From Alphaproteobacteria bacterium (GTDB lineage Bacteria > Pseudomonadota > Alphaproteobacteria > VGEJ01): DNA of 64,000 nucleotides. The stretch covers positions 2,176,616 through 2,240,615 of the forward strand of contig CBDCMV010000003.1 in assembly GCA_965219135.1 (NCBI GenBank), written 5' to 3'. The notes under the pieces are model-generated. The model made no database searches, was not told the origin of the DNA, and saw nothing but the letters and a program-made list of their open reading frames with translations. Every line of letters begins with the position of its first letter. Within the stretch, counting starts at the first letter, position 1. Below, in pieces: positions 1 to 9,405 of the stretch. A program made the translations under genes and the position numbers.

Positions 1-1253
1 ACCGCCACGTCGGGCTGGCCGATCAGCCAGAAGCTCTCGTTGCTCGCCCGCTTCTTCTTGAGGTCGTCGGTCAGCAGGTCGGCGTTCATCTGCGCTTTGA
101 GCAACGTCACGCCGGGCCAGTGGGTCTCGTCGATGTCCTTGGCCGCTTCGGGGTCGAATTGGAAAGCGGCGAAGACGATAACCCTCGGTTTCGGGGCGAG
201 AAGCTGCGCCTCCTCGATGGCGCGGGAGACTTGCCGTTGCTCCAGCGGCGCGTGGTCCGGCCCGAACGACACCACGACGCGAACGGCGTCGTAGGCGGTC
301 GCGGGTTCACGGAAGCCGTCGGCGCCGGCGTCGTCGGGACGCGTCTCGCCCTCGGCGTGAAGCCACCGCGTGCCGGGCAGGGGCTCCAGCCGCGCGAACG
401 AGACCCGCTGCCCGGCCTTGCCGCGAATGCCGGCCTTGAGTAGTTCGTCGCGCCAGTCGCCCTGCTGCACGGTCGGGCCTGCGCGTGCCACGGAATCGTC
501 CGCAGGCAGAGGCTCCGACGTCTCGATGTCGTCCAGCGGCCTTACCGCCGGCGCGGGCACCGCCTCCACCGTGAACGGCCCGGTGACGCGTGCTTTGGCG
601 CGGTCGATGTGGGGCTGGTCGTAGAGCACGGTCTCGTTGGACGGCTCGTCGTAACCAAGTGTTCGCGGCGACACCTTGGGGACACTCCGATAACTGAACC
701 CGGCCCCGACGCCTTCACTGGGATGAGCCAACTCGTAATAGTCGTAGTTCGTTGTCATCAGCCGCTGGCGCGCGATGGCGACGGCCACGCGTGAGGTATC
801 GCAGGCGATCCAACGCCGGCCCCAGTCTTCTGCGACTTCTGCGGTAGTGCCGGAGCCGCAGGTAGGATCGAACACCAGATCGCCCGGGTCCGTTGTCATC
901 AAGATACATCGTTGTATGACGCTGGCAGCGGTCTGCACCACATAACGCTTGTTTTTCGCCGACATCGTCGCCGCCCAAAGATTGTTGATCCGCCGCCCTG
1001 GAACCTCGTCTTTATACAGTTTCCAGCTCAACGAATCGCGGCCTTCCGGGGAATCTAACCGTCCCCGTTCGGCCAGCCGGTCCATTCCCTCTTCGGAGAT
1101 CGCCCAGTGTCGATCGGGGCGGCATCTAAAGACGTGCCCGTTGTACTCGTAGGGTTCGGAGGCCTGGGGATTGTCGTTGAACTCGGCGAAAGCGCGGGCC
1201 ATGCCGTGCGGCTTGAGACGCCTGAGTTGGTCGAGGGTGGGATGTTGCGGCAC
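1..1253 (-). CDS. DNA methyltransferase, beta-class N6-Ade/N4-Cyt family, C-terminal portion only. The 3' end runs off the window, and the gene is probably 5'-truncated by the adjacent IS3 remnant.
   Basis: Reverse-strand translation contains the SAM motif I 'DLVFDPTCGSGTT' followed by a long C-terminal extension. No DPPY/NPPY motif lies upstream in the open frame. A frame stop sits immediately 5' of a GTG at 1251-1253, which is preceded by GAGGAG. A transposase fragment lies directly upstream. Confidence 0.55.
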   Translation of the reverse strand, partial: MPQHPTLDQLRRLKPHGMARAFAEFNDNPQASEPYEYNGHVFRCRPDRHWAISEEGMDRLAERGRLDSPEGRDSLSWKLYKDEVPGRRINNLWAATMSAKNKRYVVQTAASVIQRCILMTTDPGDLVFDPTCGSGTTAEVAEDWGRRWIACDTSRVAVAIARQRLMTTNYDYYELAHPSEGVGAGFSYRSVPKVSPRTLGYDEPSNETVLYDQPHIDRAKARVTGPFTVEAVPAPAVRPLDDIETSEPLPADDSVARAGPTVQQGDWRDELLKAGIRGKAGQRVSFARLEPLPGTRWLHAEGETRPDDAGADGFREPATAYDAVRVVVSFGPDHAPLEQRQVSRAIEEAQLLAPKPRVIVFAAFQFDPEAAKDIDETHWPGVTLLKAQMNADLLTDDLKKKRASNESFWLIGQPDVA

Positions 1254-1365
1254 GATGTCTCCTCAGTGGAAGTCCGGTTAATGGAAGTAGTGCGGGCCGC
1301 GGATGTTGAGGTGCCTGACACCATCTAACCGGGCAAGAGCGTCGAGCGACTTGGCCTACCCCCGT

Positions 1366-2100
1366 TGAGTGGTCCAGTTTGATTGTTAGTGCATGACAAG
1401 CCTTTGGTCCATCGGGACGATGGTTTCCGGGGCCGGTGGTCGGTAGTCCAAAGCGCTGTGTGGTCGTTTCGTGTTGTAGTGTCTCCTCCACTGTTCGATC
1501 AGAATCTGCGCCTCTCGCAGGTTGCAAAAGATTTCCCGGTCGAGAAATTCGTCACGGAAGCGTGCGTTGAAACTCTCGCAGTATCCATTCTCCCAAGGTG
1601 AGCCGGGCTCGATGTAGGCTGTTTTTGCGCCGACTGCCGCGATCCAGTCCCGGACGGCTTGAGCAATAAACTCTGGGCCGTTATCGGAGCGTATGTAGGC
1701 GGGTAAACTGCCGTGCTGATGCCGATGATGGCGAGCGTTGCCAGCGGTGGCCCGTGACGGCGAGGGTTATCGTCTCGATAGGGAAAGAACACGTGGTTGA
1801 CCTGCGTCGGCGGTGGATCGATCTAGGATTTCATCGAAGCAGGAGATCTGGAACCGGAATGTGCCGAAGCGTTTGGGGGCCTCTCCGCCAGCGGTAGAGA
1901 CCGGGATCGAACGACGAAACTGCCAAAGAGATACGGCGAAGAAAGATGGTCGCCAGCGTGGTGAACGGGCGCCCCTGGTCGCTGGAGTATCTCGACATTC
2001 TCCCAGTCTCCGCTGGAACTAATATCCCATGACCGGTACGACACGACCGGCCATAAGGCCGATCACGAAATCCAAGCCACTCACTTAAGGTGAGCAAAAT
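1366..2100. mobile_element. IS3-family (IS407-like) remnant, minus orientation. Terminal 'TGAGTGGTCC...' at about 1366; the inner boundary is uncertain.
   Basis: Transposase OrfB C-terminus on the reverse strand: 'SDNGPEFIAQAVRDWIAAVGAKTAYIEPGSPWENGYCESFNARFRDEFLDREIF...RPHSALDYRPPAPE', stop at 1387. The frame is broken by a TAA just upstream of this block. Confidence 0.5.
1387..1800 (-). pseudogene. IS3-family transposase OrfB C-terminal fragment (disrupted)
   Basis: DDE-integrase C-terminal signature (DNGPEF ... WENGYCESFN ... RPHS) with an in-frame stop and frame breaks. Confidence 0.55.
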
Positions 2101-2123
2101 GCAGGGATCGACGACTGTCGTTA

Positions 2124-2522
2124 TTACGAGACGCCTAAGATCAGCCCCAGCGCCATCATAGCAATCGCTACCGTCGCGACGCCCCAGACGATGCTACGAA
2201 GCCAGCGGACTCCGGACGCATAAGCGGGCAGGTAGACAACCCGGCTACCGAACCATATCCACCCGCCGTATGAGGTGAATTCGTTGGCGCGGTCGGACAG
2301 CTCAGCGGCAATGAGCACCACTAAGACGGCGGGAAGCGTTTCGAGGTAATTCGCGAACGCGCGCCGCAGGCGTCCGCTCAACAAGGTTTCGCGTGGCGGA
2401 TCGTCACGAGCGCCGAACGCCCAAGTGTTTCCAGCGGCGACCCACTGCGTCAATCCATGAGCGATGAGATGGACGAACAACCACGCTCCAGCAAGCACGA
2501 TCAGCAGGATTTCGTCGGTCAC
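2124..2522 (-). CDS. MAPEG family membrane protein
   Basis: 132 aa, multi-TM, with the 'RRAFANYLETLP' R-x-x-N-x-x-E-x-x-P-type motif. Confidence 0.5.
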   Translation of the reverse strand: MTDEILLIVLAGAWLFVHLIAHGLTQWVAAGNTWAFGARDDPPRETLLSGRLRRAFANYLETLPAVLVVLIAAELSDRANEFTSYGGWIWFGSRVVYLPAYASGVRWLRSIVWGVATVAIAMMALGLILGVS

Positions 2523-2860
2523 TGTTTTTCCCCTTTCGCCCCCTGGATCGAAAATAGTCCCGGACCACGTACCGCATTGCAGGATGCCCCGAGCGAGTCT
2601 GGCACTGAACCGCGGTCACCGCACCCCCCAAGGTTCCCGCCACCGTGGCCGCGATCCCGGGCTTGCCACTTCCGACCGTGCACTCGTGCACGCCTCCGGC
2701 GGGGCAGCGAAAGCTGTTCTCTCGCGCTTGTCCCCGCCGCCCGAAAAGGGCCCAGCCTCATTCTCTCGCCGGCGCGTCAGGATCTGGCATAGGCTGCGCG
2801 CCTGTTGAGCTATTTCTACGCTTGTGGGCCGGCCCAGGATCGACGCGGGTCTGTCGGTGC

Positions 2861-4120
2861 TCAGGTCTTGACCTTCGGGATGTCTTCCCAACGGGTAGTG
2901 TAGAAGGGCGAGCGGAACGCGCTGCTCGATCGCCAGGCCGCGGCTTGCGCCGCTGGGCCGAATTGGATCGCTCCCGGCCCCAGCCGGTCGTTGATGGCGT
3001 CGAACGCTTCGATCAGCTTGTCGTCCTTTGGATCGTGCGTATCGAATAGCGAGATTGGCGCACGGCCGGCTTCTACGAGGTCGAGCAGCATCACCCCGGC
3101 GCGCTTGTACGCCAGCCCCTCGCGGTAGATGTGCTTCAGAGCGGCCAGCGCGGCTCGCACGACATGCTTCGTGTTATTGGTCGCGGGCGACAGTGCTTCC
3201 GAGCAGGAGGGAGCGTGGTGCGGGCTCTTGCCGAAACGGTTGGTCTCGATGAACACGCTCACCGAGGTTGAGAGGAGATTGGCCCTGCGGATCGATCGTG
3301 CCGCATCGGTCGCGAACATGGTGATCGCATTGGCCAACTCGTCGTAGTCACGCACTTCCGTGCCGAAGGATCGCGAGACCATCGTCGTTTGCTTGGGCTG
3401 GGGCATGTCATCGAAGCCTATACAGTCCTCGCCGCGCAATTCCCGCACCGTCTTCAGCCCGCCGACGCCCATCTCCTTGCGGATCCAGCCATCGGGACGG
3501 CTCGTCAGATCGAGGGCCGTCATAACACCGTTACGGTTGAGTTTTTGGGTGTACTGCCTGCCGATGCCCCAGATATCGCCGACTTCAGTTGACGCCAGCG
3601 CCCTGTCGCGCCAGCGCTCACCGGTGAGATCGAGAACGCCGTCCGTCTTGGCGGAGGTCTTCGCGAGACGGTTGGCGATCTTGGCAAGGGTCTTGGTCTC
3701 GGCGATGCCGATGCTGATCGGCAGCCCGGTCCATTGCCGCACGGTGCGTTTCAGGTCCTGGCAGAATGCCGTGAGCTCTTGCGGTATTCCCGTGAGATCG
3801 AGAAAGCATTCGTCGATCGAGTATTTCTCTACCGCCGGGACCAGTTCCCCGAAGACCTGCATCACCCGGTTGCTCATGTCGGTATAGAACTGGAGGTTGC
3901 CGCTGATGACAGCAACGCTGTGCCGCTCAATGAGGTCTTTCGCCTGGAACGCCGGCTGGGCCATCTTGACGCCGAGCGCCTTCGCCTCGTCGCTGCGCGC
4001 GACGATGCAGCCGTCGTTTGATGACAGGACCACGGCGGGACGGCCCTCGAGCGCGGGACGGAAGACCCTTTCGCAGGAGACGAAGAAGTTGTTGCAGTCG
4101 GCAAGTCCGTAGACGCTCAT
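2861..4120 (-). CDS. umuC: Y-family translesion DNA polymerase V catalytic subunit UmuC
   Basis: N-terminus 'MSVYGLADCNNFFVSCERVFRPALEGRPAVVLSSNDGCIVARS...' is typical of UmuC/DinB. It overlaps umuD by 4 nt. Confidence 0.85.
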   Translation of the reverse strand: MSVYGLADCNNFFVSCERVFRPALEGRPAVVLSSNDGCIVARSDEAKALGVKMAQPAFQAKDLIERHSVAVISGNLQFYTDMSNRVMQVFGELVPAVEKYSIDECFLDLTGIPQELTAFCQDLKRTVRQWTGLPISIGIAETKTLAKIANRLAKTSAKTDGVLDLTGERWRDRALASTEVGDIWGIGRQYTQKLNRNGVMTALDLTSRPDGWIRKEMGVGGLKTVRELRGEDCIGFDDMPQPKQTTMVSRSFGTEVRDYDELANAITMFATDAARSIRRANLLSTSVSVFIETNRFGKSPHHAPSCSEALSPATNNTKHVVRAALAALKHIYREGLAYKRAGVMLLDLVEAGRAPISLFDTHDPKDDKLIEAFDAINDRLGPGAIQFGPAAQAAAWRSSSAFRSPFYTTRWEDIPKVKT

Positions 4121-4470
4121 GGCAGGCTTCGCACCACACCGGCAACGACGCCCCAGACATGGGCATCTTCGCCCTCGATTGCGGCAAAGGGACGGGCGGT
4201 TAGCTCACCTTCGATTGCCGCCATGACGATGGAGCCCGTACCCGGCGTACGTGAACGGTCGACGATCAGGGTGTCGCCGGCCAGGATCCCGTGTTCAGCC
4301 ATGCCGCCGCCCTCGGCCGTGACGAAGAACGTCGCCGCCGGGCGCTTTATGAAATGGTCGTCGAGGCTAAGACTCGTTGTCGGGGTAACTACGGTAAACA
4401 TCGGGCAAGCCCGTAAATTTCCCTCGTCGGCGGCGGCCAAATTGGTTTGGCGGTAGAACGCATCAGGCAC
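4117..4470 (-). CDS. umuD: UmuD (LexA-like S24 peptidase accessory subunit of pol V)
   Basis: '...GMAEHGILAGDTLIVDRSRTPGTGSIVMAAIEGELTA...' S24 fold. It is translationally coupled to umuC. Confidence 0.85.
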   Translation of the reverse strand: MPDAFYRQTNLAAADEGNLRACPMFTVVTPTTSLSLDDHFIKRPAATFFVTAEGGGMAEHGILAGDTLIVDRSRTPGTGSIVMAAIEGELTARPFAAIEGEDAHVWGVVAGVVRSLP

Positions 4471-4593
4471 ACTGGTTCAAGGTGAACGACGTGAAAAGAG
4501 AAATAGCAACCTGGCGTGTAATAGCGGCAATCAGTTACACCAAAGCTGGGCCTCGCTACAGTATCAAGAGGCTTAAAATGAGAGGTTTAATAA

Positions 4594-4971
4594 ATGGCTA
4601 TCGATGAGACGGGGCTCACAAAGGGCCAGGTGAGAAAGTTGAACGCGCTTCGGAAATCTGTCGGCGACGACCTCGCCGAAGAGGTCTTCGCAAGGTGGCT
4701 GGAGCGGGAGGCTGCCTCACAAGCCAGGAGCAAGCCAGGTCCCGTGGCGATGAAGATCGTCGAGGCTCTCGCGGGCTTTGTGCATGACCCGAAGTTCAAT
4801 CTCGGCAATCATGGCTATACACTACGCCGCGCCAAAGGCAAAGGTGCGTCGGGCTTCATTGCATACAAGAATGAAAAGGTAAAAGAAGCGTTGGCACCGT
4901 CTTCCAAAATTGAGTCTAAGGAGCCCCGCCAAGAAGAGAGGGCAGCTATGCCTGGGTCCGTTGCTTCGTGA
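4594..4971 (+). CDS. Hypothetical protein; left copy of an inverted paralog pair (see 45663-45998)
   Basis: 125-aa ORF. The first ~110 aa are about 93% identical at nucleotide level to the reverse-strand ORF at 45663-45998. Confidence 0.5.
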   Translation: MAIDETGLTKGQVRKLNALRKSVGDDLAEEVFARWLEREAASQARSKPGPVAMKIVEALAGFVHDPKFNLGNHGYTLRRAKGKGASGFIAYKNEKVKEALAPSSKIESKEPRQEERAAMPGSVAS

Positions 4972-5426
4972 GCAACTGTGGCGTTGGACGCTCCTTCAAA
5001 TGAGCAACGCGGCCATCGGCACATCAAGAACAGTCCCGGAGGCACCTACCATGCTATCGGGCACAACAAAGACCTGCCCTGCTTATCAAACTGGAACGAC
5101 ACGAGGTAGAGTTGTATCGCGGAGAGGAAAAATGAACTCCTACCGTGGCGGTCGCTAGAATTATCAAAACACTCGAACTCAAATATTTGAAAGGAAGGGT
5201 CAACTACCTTTGGATACTAAAATATTGAGCTGGGGCGAGCCGAACTGTCACAAAAAGTTAGTGATTGCCGTGCCCAGCCATTGGGCGGCACTTCGGCTCC
5301 CTGTTGCTGAGATTCGCATAACGGCGATGCATGATGCATGTCAATCCGATGGATGATCCCATCAACTACGGTCACCGCCAGGCCGTGATGTCAGCGCCTC
5401 AGCCCAAACGAGGCGTCGCATGATGA

Positions 5427-6701
5427 TTGGCGGCGAACGGCAGGACGGAGGTGATGGCTGCAAGTCGAAAGTGGCTGTTCAAGAATAAGTTTCGAGCAAG
5501 GGTCTATGGCTGGCGCGGATCAAAACTTGCGATCAGCCGACTCAAGGAAGCAGCCTCCGAGATCAAGTCGGTGGCGAAATCCGACCCGGTCGCCGCGGGA
5601 GAGGGCACGGTGTCGCTGATGGAGCGTATCTGGCCTGCCTTCCAGGACATCGACACCTCGTCTGGCGCCTTGGGAACGGCGGTTGCCCGAACGTTGAACG
5701 AGCTCATTCCGATCCTGGCCGACGCGCCGACCGATCATGCAACCAGAAGCAAGTGGCTCGAACGCTTGTTCGAGGCGGTCCAGAACGATGGCGTCGAGTA
5801 TCTGAGACCGGCCGAAGAGCGCTGGGGCGAGATCGCCCACTATCCAGACTTGATCAATAAATATGCGGATCGCCTCATCGAGATGGTGAGCCGCGCCTGG
5901 TCCGATCATCAAAGCTTTCAGTATGTGACAGGAACTTCGATTTGCTTGTCATGCCTGCTTGAAGCTGGCCGCTACGATGAGCTTCAGGAGTTGCTTGCGG
6001 CACGACGGACAAAGTTCTGGTCCTGGCACCGGTTCGGAGCAGAGGCGTTGGTCCGCGAAGGTCTGTGGGAAGGCGCTATCGCATTTGCTGAAGGCGTGCG
6101 CGCCACCTCGAATTCCCGCCACGACGACAATTCCATCGACTGTTTTTGTGAGGGTCTTCTGATCCAGCACGGCCGCACCGATGAAGCTTATCGAAAGTAT
6201 GGATTGCGGGCTGCGAGCGGGACGACCAATCTCGCCGTCTACCGCGCATTGGCACGGCAATATCCTGATCGCGACCGCCGTCAAATACTCCTCGATCTGA
6301 TTGAGAACCGTGGTGACAAGGGCAAATGGTTCGCCGCCGCGAAGGATGAGGGGTTTCTCGATATCGCTCTTGAGTGCGCCGGAACCCACGGAGCAGACCC
6401 CTCGACGTTGGTTCGCGCAGCTCGCGATTTCGCCGAAGCTGAGCCTCGGTTCGCTGCCTCGGTCGCATTGATGGCGATCAGGCAACTGCTGGGAGGCGGT
6501 GGTTACAATCCGCCCCTGTCGGATGCTGAAGGGGCTGTTGGATACCTGTTCGCAGCTGCACAGCGCATTGGCTCTACAGGATGGGCGCGCCAGGAGCTGG
6601 CCAGACTGGGGCAAGAGCCTTGCAGTCCTGGGCGCGAATTGTTCCGGGATACGGTGCGGGCGGCACTGTTCCGCCACGATGGAATTAGCTCCCCCGGCTG
6701 A
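5427..6701 (+). CDS. Hypothetical protein (424 aa; the start could be an internal Met)
   Basis: Long ORF with protein-like composition. No motif recognised. Confidence 0.4.
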   Translation: MAANGRTEVMAASRKWLFKNKFRARVYGWRGSKLAISRLKEAASEIKSVAKSDPVAAGEGTVSLMERIWPAFQDIDTSSGALGTAVARTLNELIPILADAPTDHATRSKWLERLFEAVQNDGVEYLRPAEERWGEIAHYPDLINKYADRLIEMVSRAWSDHQSFQYVTGTSICLSCLLEAGRYDELQELLAARRTKFWSWHRFGAEALVREGLWEGAIAFAEGVRATSNSRHDDNSIDCFCEGLLIQHGRTDEAYRKYGLRAASGTTNLAVYRALARQYPDRDRRQILLDLIENRGDKGKWFAAAKDEGFLDIALECAGTHGADPSTLVRAARDFAEAEPRFAASVALMAIRQLLGGGGYNPPLSDAEGAVGYLFAAAQRIGSTGWARQELARLGQEPCSPGRELFRDTVRAALFRHDGISSPG

Positions 6702-6746
6702 CCAGCGCCAGCCGTTCCGCACAGGCACTGAGCTGCCAGCCTTGCT

Positions 6747-7050
6747 TCAAGACTTCGCAAACGTGCCGTGTAGTCCAAGAGGCAGGGGATAGGGCAGAAT
6801 GCCTTGCCATACCGGACCCTCGGAGATGTGCTTGGCATCGAACACGTTTAGTCCCGAGGCTTCGCGCCCGACATCGAGGTACGGACCAATCAGCCAGCCG
6901 TCTCCCTCGGCCTCGCCGCGGGGCACGAACACGTGCTCCTCGGGGATTTGATCTCGCGGGTACGTCCAACCATCGATCGCGCCCTGTTCAGGATCGATGC
7001 TGGCAACCCGCCGGAACGGCCAGCCGTCTTCCGAACCGCTGCCACTCACC
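6747..7050 (-). pseudogene. Carotenoid oxygenase (RPE65 family) C-terminal fragment
   Basis: 'EEHVFVPRGEAEGDGWLIGPYLDVGREASGLNVFDAKHISEGPVWQGILPYPLPLGLHGTF' matches the conserved C-terminal blade of carotenoid cleavage oxygenases. No N-terminal body is present. Confidence 0.55.
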
Positions 7051-7491
7051 CATGCCGGGATGCTGGTGGGCTTGCGGGCGCTCGGCGAGCGGGCGCCGGT
7101 GCTCGGCATCTGCGTGCGGCGCGATGCCGGCCGGCAGGCTGACCGGGTGGCGCAGGTGGCCTCTGGACTGGCGGCAATGATCGATCGCCCCGACGCTTTC
7201 GATGCGGACGACGTCGAGGTGTCCGACGCGGTGCACGCGCCGGGCTACGGCCGGCTCAACGAGCCGGTGCGCGAGGCGATGGCGCTGGCGGCGCGCCACG
7301 AGGGGCTGCTGCTCGACCCGGTCTACACGGCCAAGGCGATGGCGGGACTGATCGCCCATGTGCGTTCGGGGCGGATCGCGGCGGGCAGCCGGGTGCTGTT
7401 CGTCCACACCGGCGGGCAGCCGGCGCTCTTCGCCTACGCTGACAGTCTCGGGTCCTGGCTCTCGGAAGCGCCGGAGGGGCGGGCGCGCTGA
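7030..7491 (+). pseudogene. ACC deaminase / D-cysteine desulfhydrase family (PLP fold II) C-terminal fragment
   Basis: 'THAGMLVGLRAL...HEGLLLDPVYTAKAMAGLIAHVRSGRI...SRVLFVHTGGQPALFAY' C-terminal region only. It abuts the oppositely oriented oxygenase fragment. Confidence 0.5.
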
Positions 7492-7510
7492 CGGAACGCG
7501 CCGCGCCGGG

Positions 7511-8449
7511 TCAGGGGAAGCCCGGTGCGGCGGGCGGCGGGGTTGCCGCGCTGGCCTCGCGCAAAATCCATTCGCGGAACGCCCGGAGCTCGGGCCGCTG
7601 CCGCGAGGCCGCGGTGGTGATCAGGCAGCAGCGCTCGGGTGCCTCCTCCTGGCGGTCGAAGAGCGGAACCAGCGTCCGGTTCTCCAGCTCCTTCGCTATC
7701 AGCATCGGGCGCCCGATGACGGCCCCGAGCCCGCTCGCCGCCGCCTGGACCAGCATCGAGTAAAGGCGGAAGCCCGAGGCCCTTGAGAGGTCCGGCGTGG
7801 GGACGCCCTGGCGGGCGAACCAGTAGGACCAGTCGGCGTCCCAGCCGAGGTCGTAGAGCAGCGGCCAGTGGCGCAGCTCGGCCGGGCTCCGGGGCCGCCC
7901 ACGCGCGGCCAGCAGCGCCGGGCTGCACACCGGCAGCAGTGCCTCCTCGTAGAGCGTCTCCTCGAGCAGCGTCTCCTCGCGCCGGGTCAGCGGGCGGGGC
8001 GCCGAGGTCTCGCCCGAATAGGCGAGCCAGGCGTCGAAGTCGCGCCGCGACGGGTCGACGCTCCGATGATTGGTCTCGAGCTCGATGGCGATGCCGGGAT
8101 GGGCCGCCTTGAACGAGGCGAGCCTCGGCAGCAGCCACTTCTCGGCCACCGCCTCGACCGAGACGATGCGCACCCGGCGCGGCGTGGAGCGCTGCTGCTC
8201 GGAGGCGCCGTGCACCTCGGCCAGGATGCGCTGCACCTCCTTGAGATAGGCACGGCCGCGGCGGTTGAGGTGGACGCTGCGGCGCCTCCGCTCGAAGAGC
8301 ACGGCGCCGAGATGCCCTTCCAGGGAGCGGATGCGGTGGCCGACGGCGGCGGCGGTGACGCCGAGCTCCTTGCCGGCCAGCGCGAAGCTCTGGTGCCGGG
8401 CGGCGGCCTCGAAGAAGCGCAGGCTGTCGAGCGGGGGAAGGTGGAGCAC
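7511..8449 (-). CDS. LysR-family transcriptional regulator
   Basis: N-terminal HTH 'LDSLRFFEAAARHQSFALAGKELGVTAAAVGHRIRSLE' plus a C-terminal substrate-binding domain. Confidence 0.8.
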   Translation of the reverse strand: MLHLPPLDSLRFFEAAARHQSFALAGKELGVTAAAVGHRIRSLEGHLGAVLFERRRRSVHLNRRGRAYLKEVQRILAEVHGASEQQRSTPRRVRIVSVEAVAEKWLLPRLASFKAAHPGIAIELETNHRSVDPSRRDFDAWLAYSGETSAPRPLTRREETLLEETLYEEALLPVCSPALLAARGRPRSPAELRHWPLLYDLGWDADWSYWFARQGVPTPDLSRASGFRLYSMLVQAAASGLGAVIGRPMLIAKELENRTLVPLFDRQEEAPERCCLITTAASRQRPELRAFREWILREASAATPPPAAPGFP

Positions 8450-8555
8450 GACGAAGGTCCGGAGGGAGCCAGTTGGTAAAACGTGATTATGTCATCTTAC
8501 ATCCGTCCGTTGGAGACAAGTTCGGGCGCCGCGGCGGCGCGGCGGAACGCCGGGC

Positions 8556-8921
8556 CTAGCGGCCGCGGAAGCGCCGGCGGTCGCCGTGGCGTTCGGTGGT
8601 CTCGTGGATGTCGAGGAGGATCCGCCGGACCTCCTCGTAATAGGCGCGACCGCGGCGGTTGATGTACACGCCGCGGCGCCTTCGCTCGAAGAGCTCGGCG
8701 CCGAGATGGGCCTCCAGCATGCGGATACGGTGGGCGACGGCAGGCGGGGTGACGCCGAGCTCGTCGGCGGCATGGGCGAAGCTCCGGTGCCGGGCGGCGG
8801 CCTCGAAGAAGCGCAGGCAGTCGAGGGGCGGCAGGGGTTTCACGGATACGGGCGCGAGGAACGGAGGGGTCGGGCAGAGATAAACAGATACTTCGTAATT
8901 GCACAAATATGACTTTCTCAT
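8556..8921 (-). pseudogene. LysR N-terminal HTH fragment (tandem partial duplicate of the 7511-8449 5' end)
   Basis: 'LDCLRFFEAAARHRSFAHAADELGVTPPAVAHRIRMLEAHLGAELFERRRRGVYINRRGRAY' parallels the N-terminus of the intact LysR. There is no effector domain. Confidence 0.5.
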
Positions 8922-9208
8922 GATGCCTTCTCAAAGGGAGGCTCCGAACCGCTGTTTTCATATTGCAGGGCTGTGTCATGGGGACCGTTTGGCTAAATCT
9001 GACAGGCACATTGATAAAATAAGAGTATCTCATACACTGAAAACTTTCGTGTTTACAATCACTTGAAATCCCGTTATGATTCGTCTTTTGTCAGCGGCGG
9101 TGTCAGGGTCGCCGCTGGCTTTATCTTGGGGGATGCGAATTCGGGAGAGGCGCGATGACGGGGTCGGGTCTTGCGAGGTGGTTGGATGGTATCGGCTCTA
9201 TAATTAGA

Positions 9209-9260
9209 AGCGCCGAGCGCCGAGCGCCGAGCGCCGAGCGCCGAGCGCCGAGCGCCGAGC
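9209..9260. repeat. Heptanucleotide tandem repeat (AGCGCCG/CGCCGAG) x 7.4 in the intergenic region upstream of the autotransporter
   Basis: Seven perfect CGCCGAG units at 9211-9259. A 7-nt unit shifts frame by one per unit. Confidence 0.9.
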
Positions 9261-9405
9261 GCCGAGGCCACGACTGCGCCTCGGCCGCGGGAGCAACGCC
9301 GCCCGCCATCGCCGCCTGACCGGCTGCCGCCCCGCCGGGGCGGCCATTCCTCTCGACACACTGTAACCGCCGCCGGCCGGCCGGCCGGCTTCGCGCGCCT
9401 CGCCG

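Noticed and set aside
1813-2100. Short overlapping ORFs in both strands between the IS3 fragment and the MAPEG gene
   Set aside because: No recognisable transposase OrfA or OrfB N-terminal motifs. They are treated as degenerate IS-internal sequence.
3360-3887. 175-aa plus-strand ORF inside umuC
   Set aside because: Antisense to a well-supported umuC. No motifs.
9209-9260. Heptamer tract considered as a CRISPR array or minisatellite
   Set aside because: Units are 7 nt, contiguous and without spacers. No cas genes anywhere in the window.
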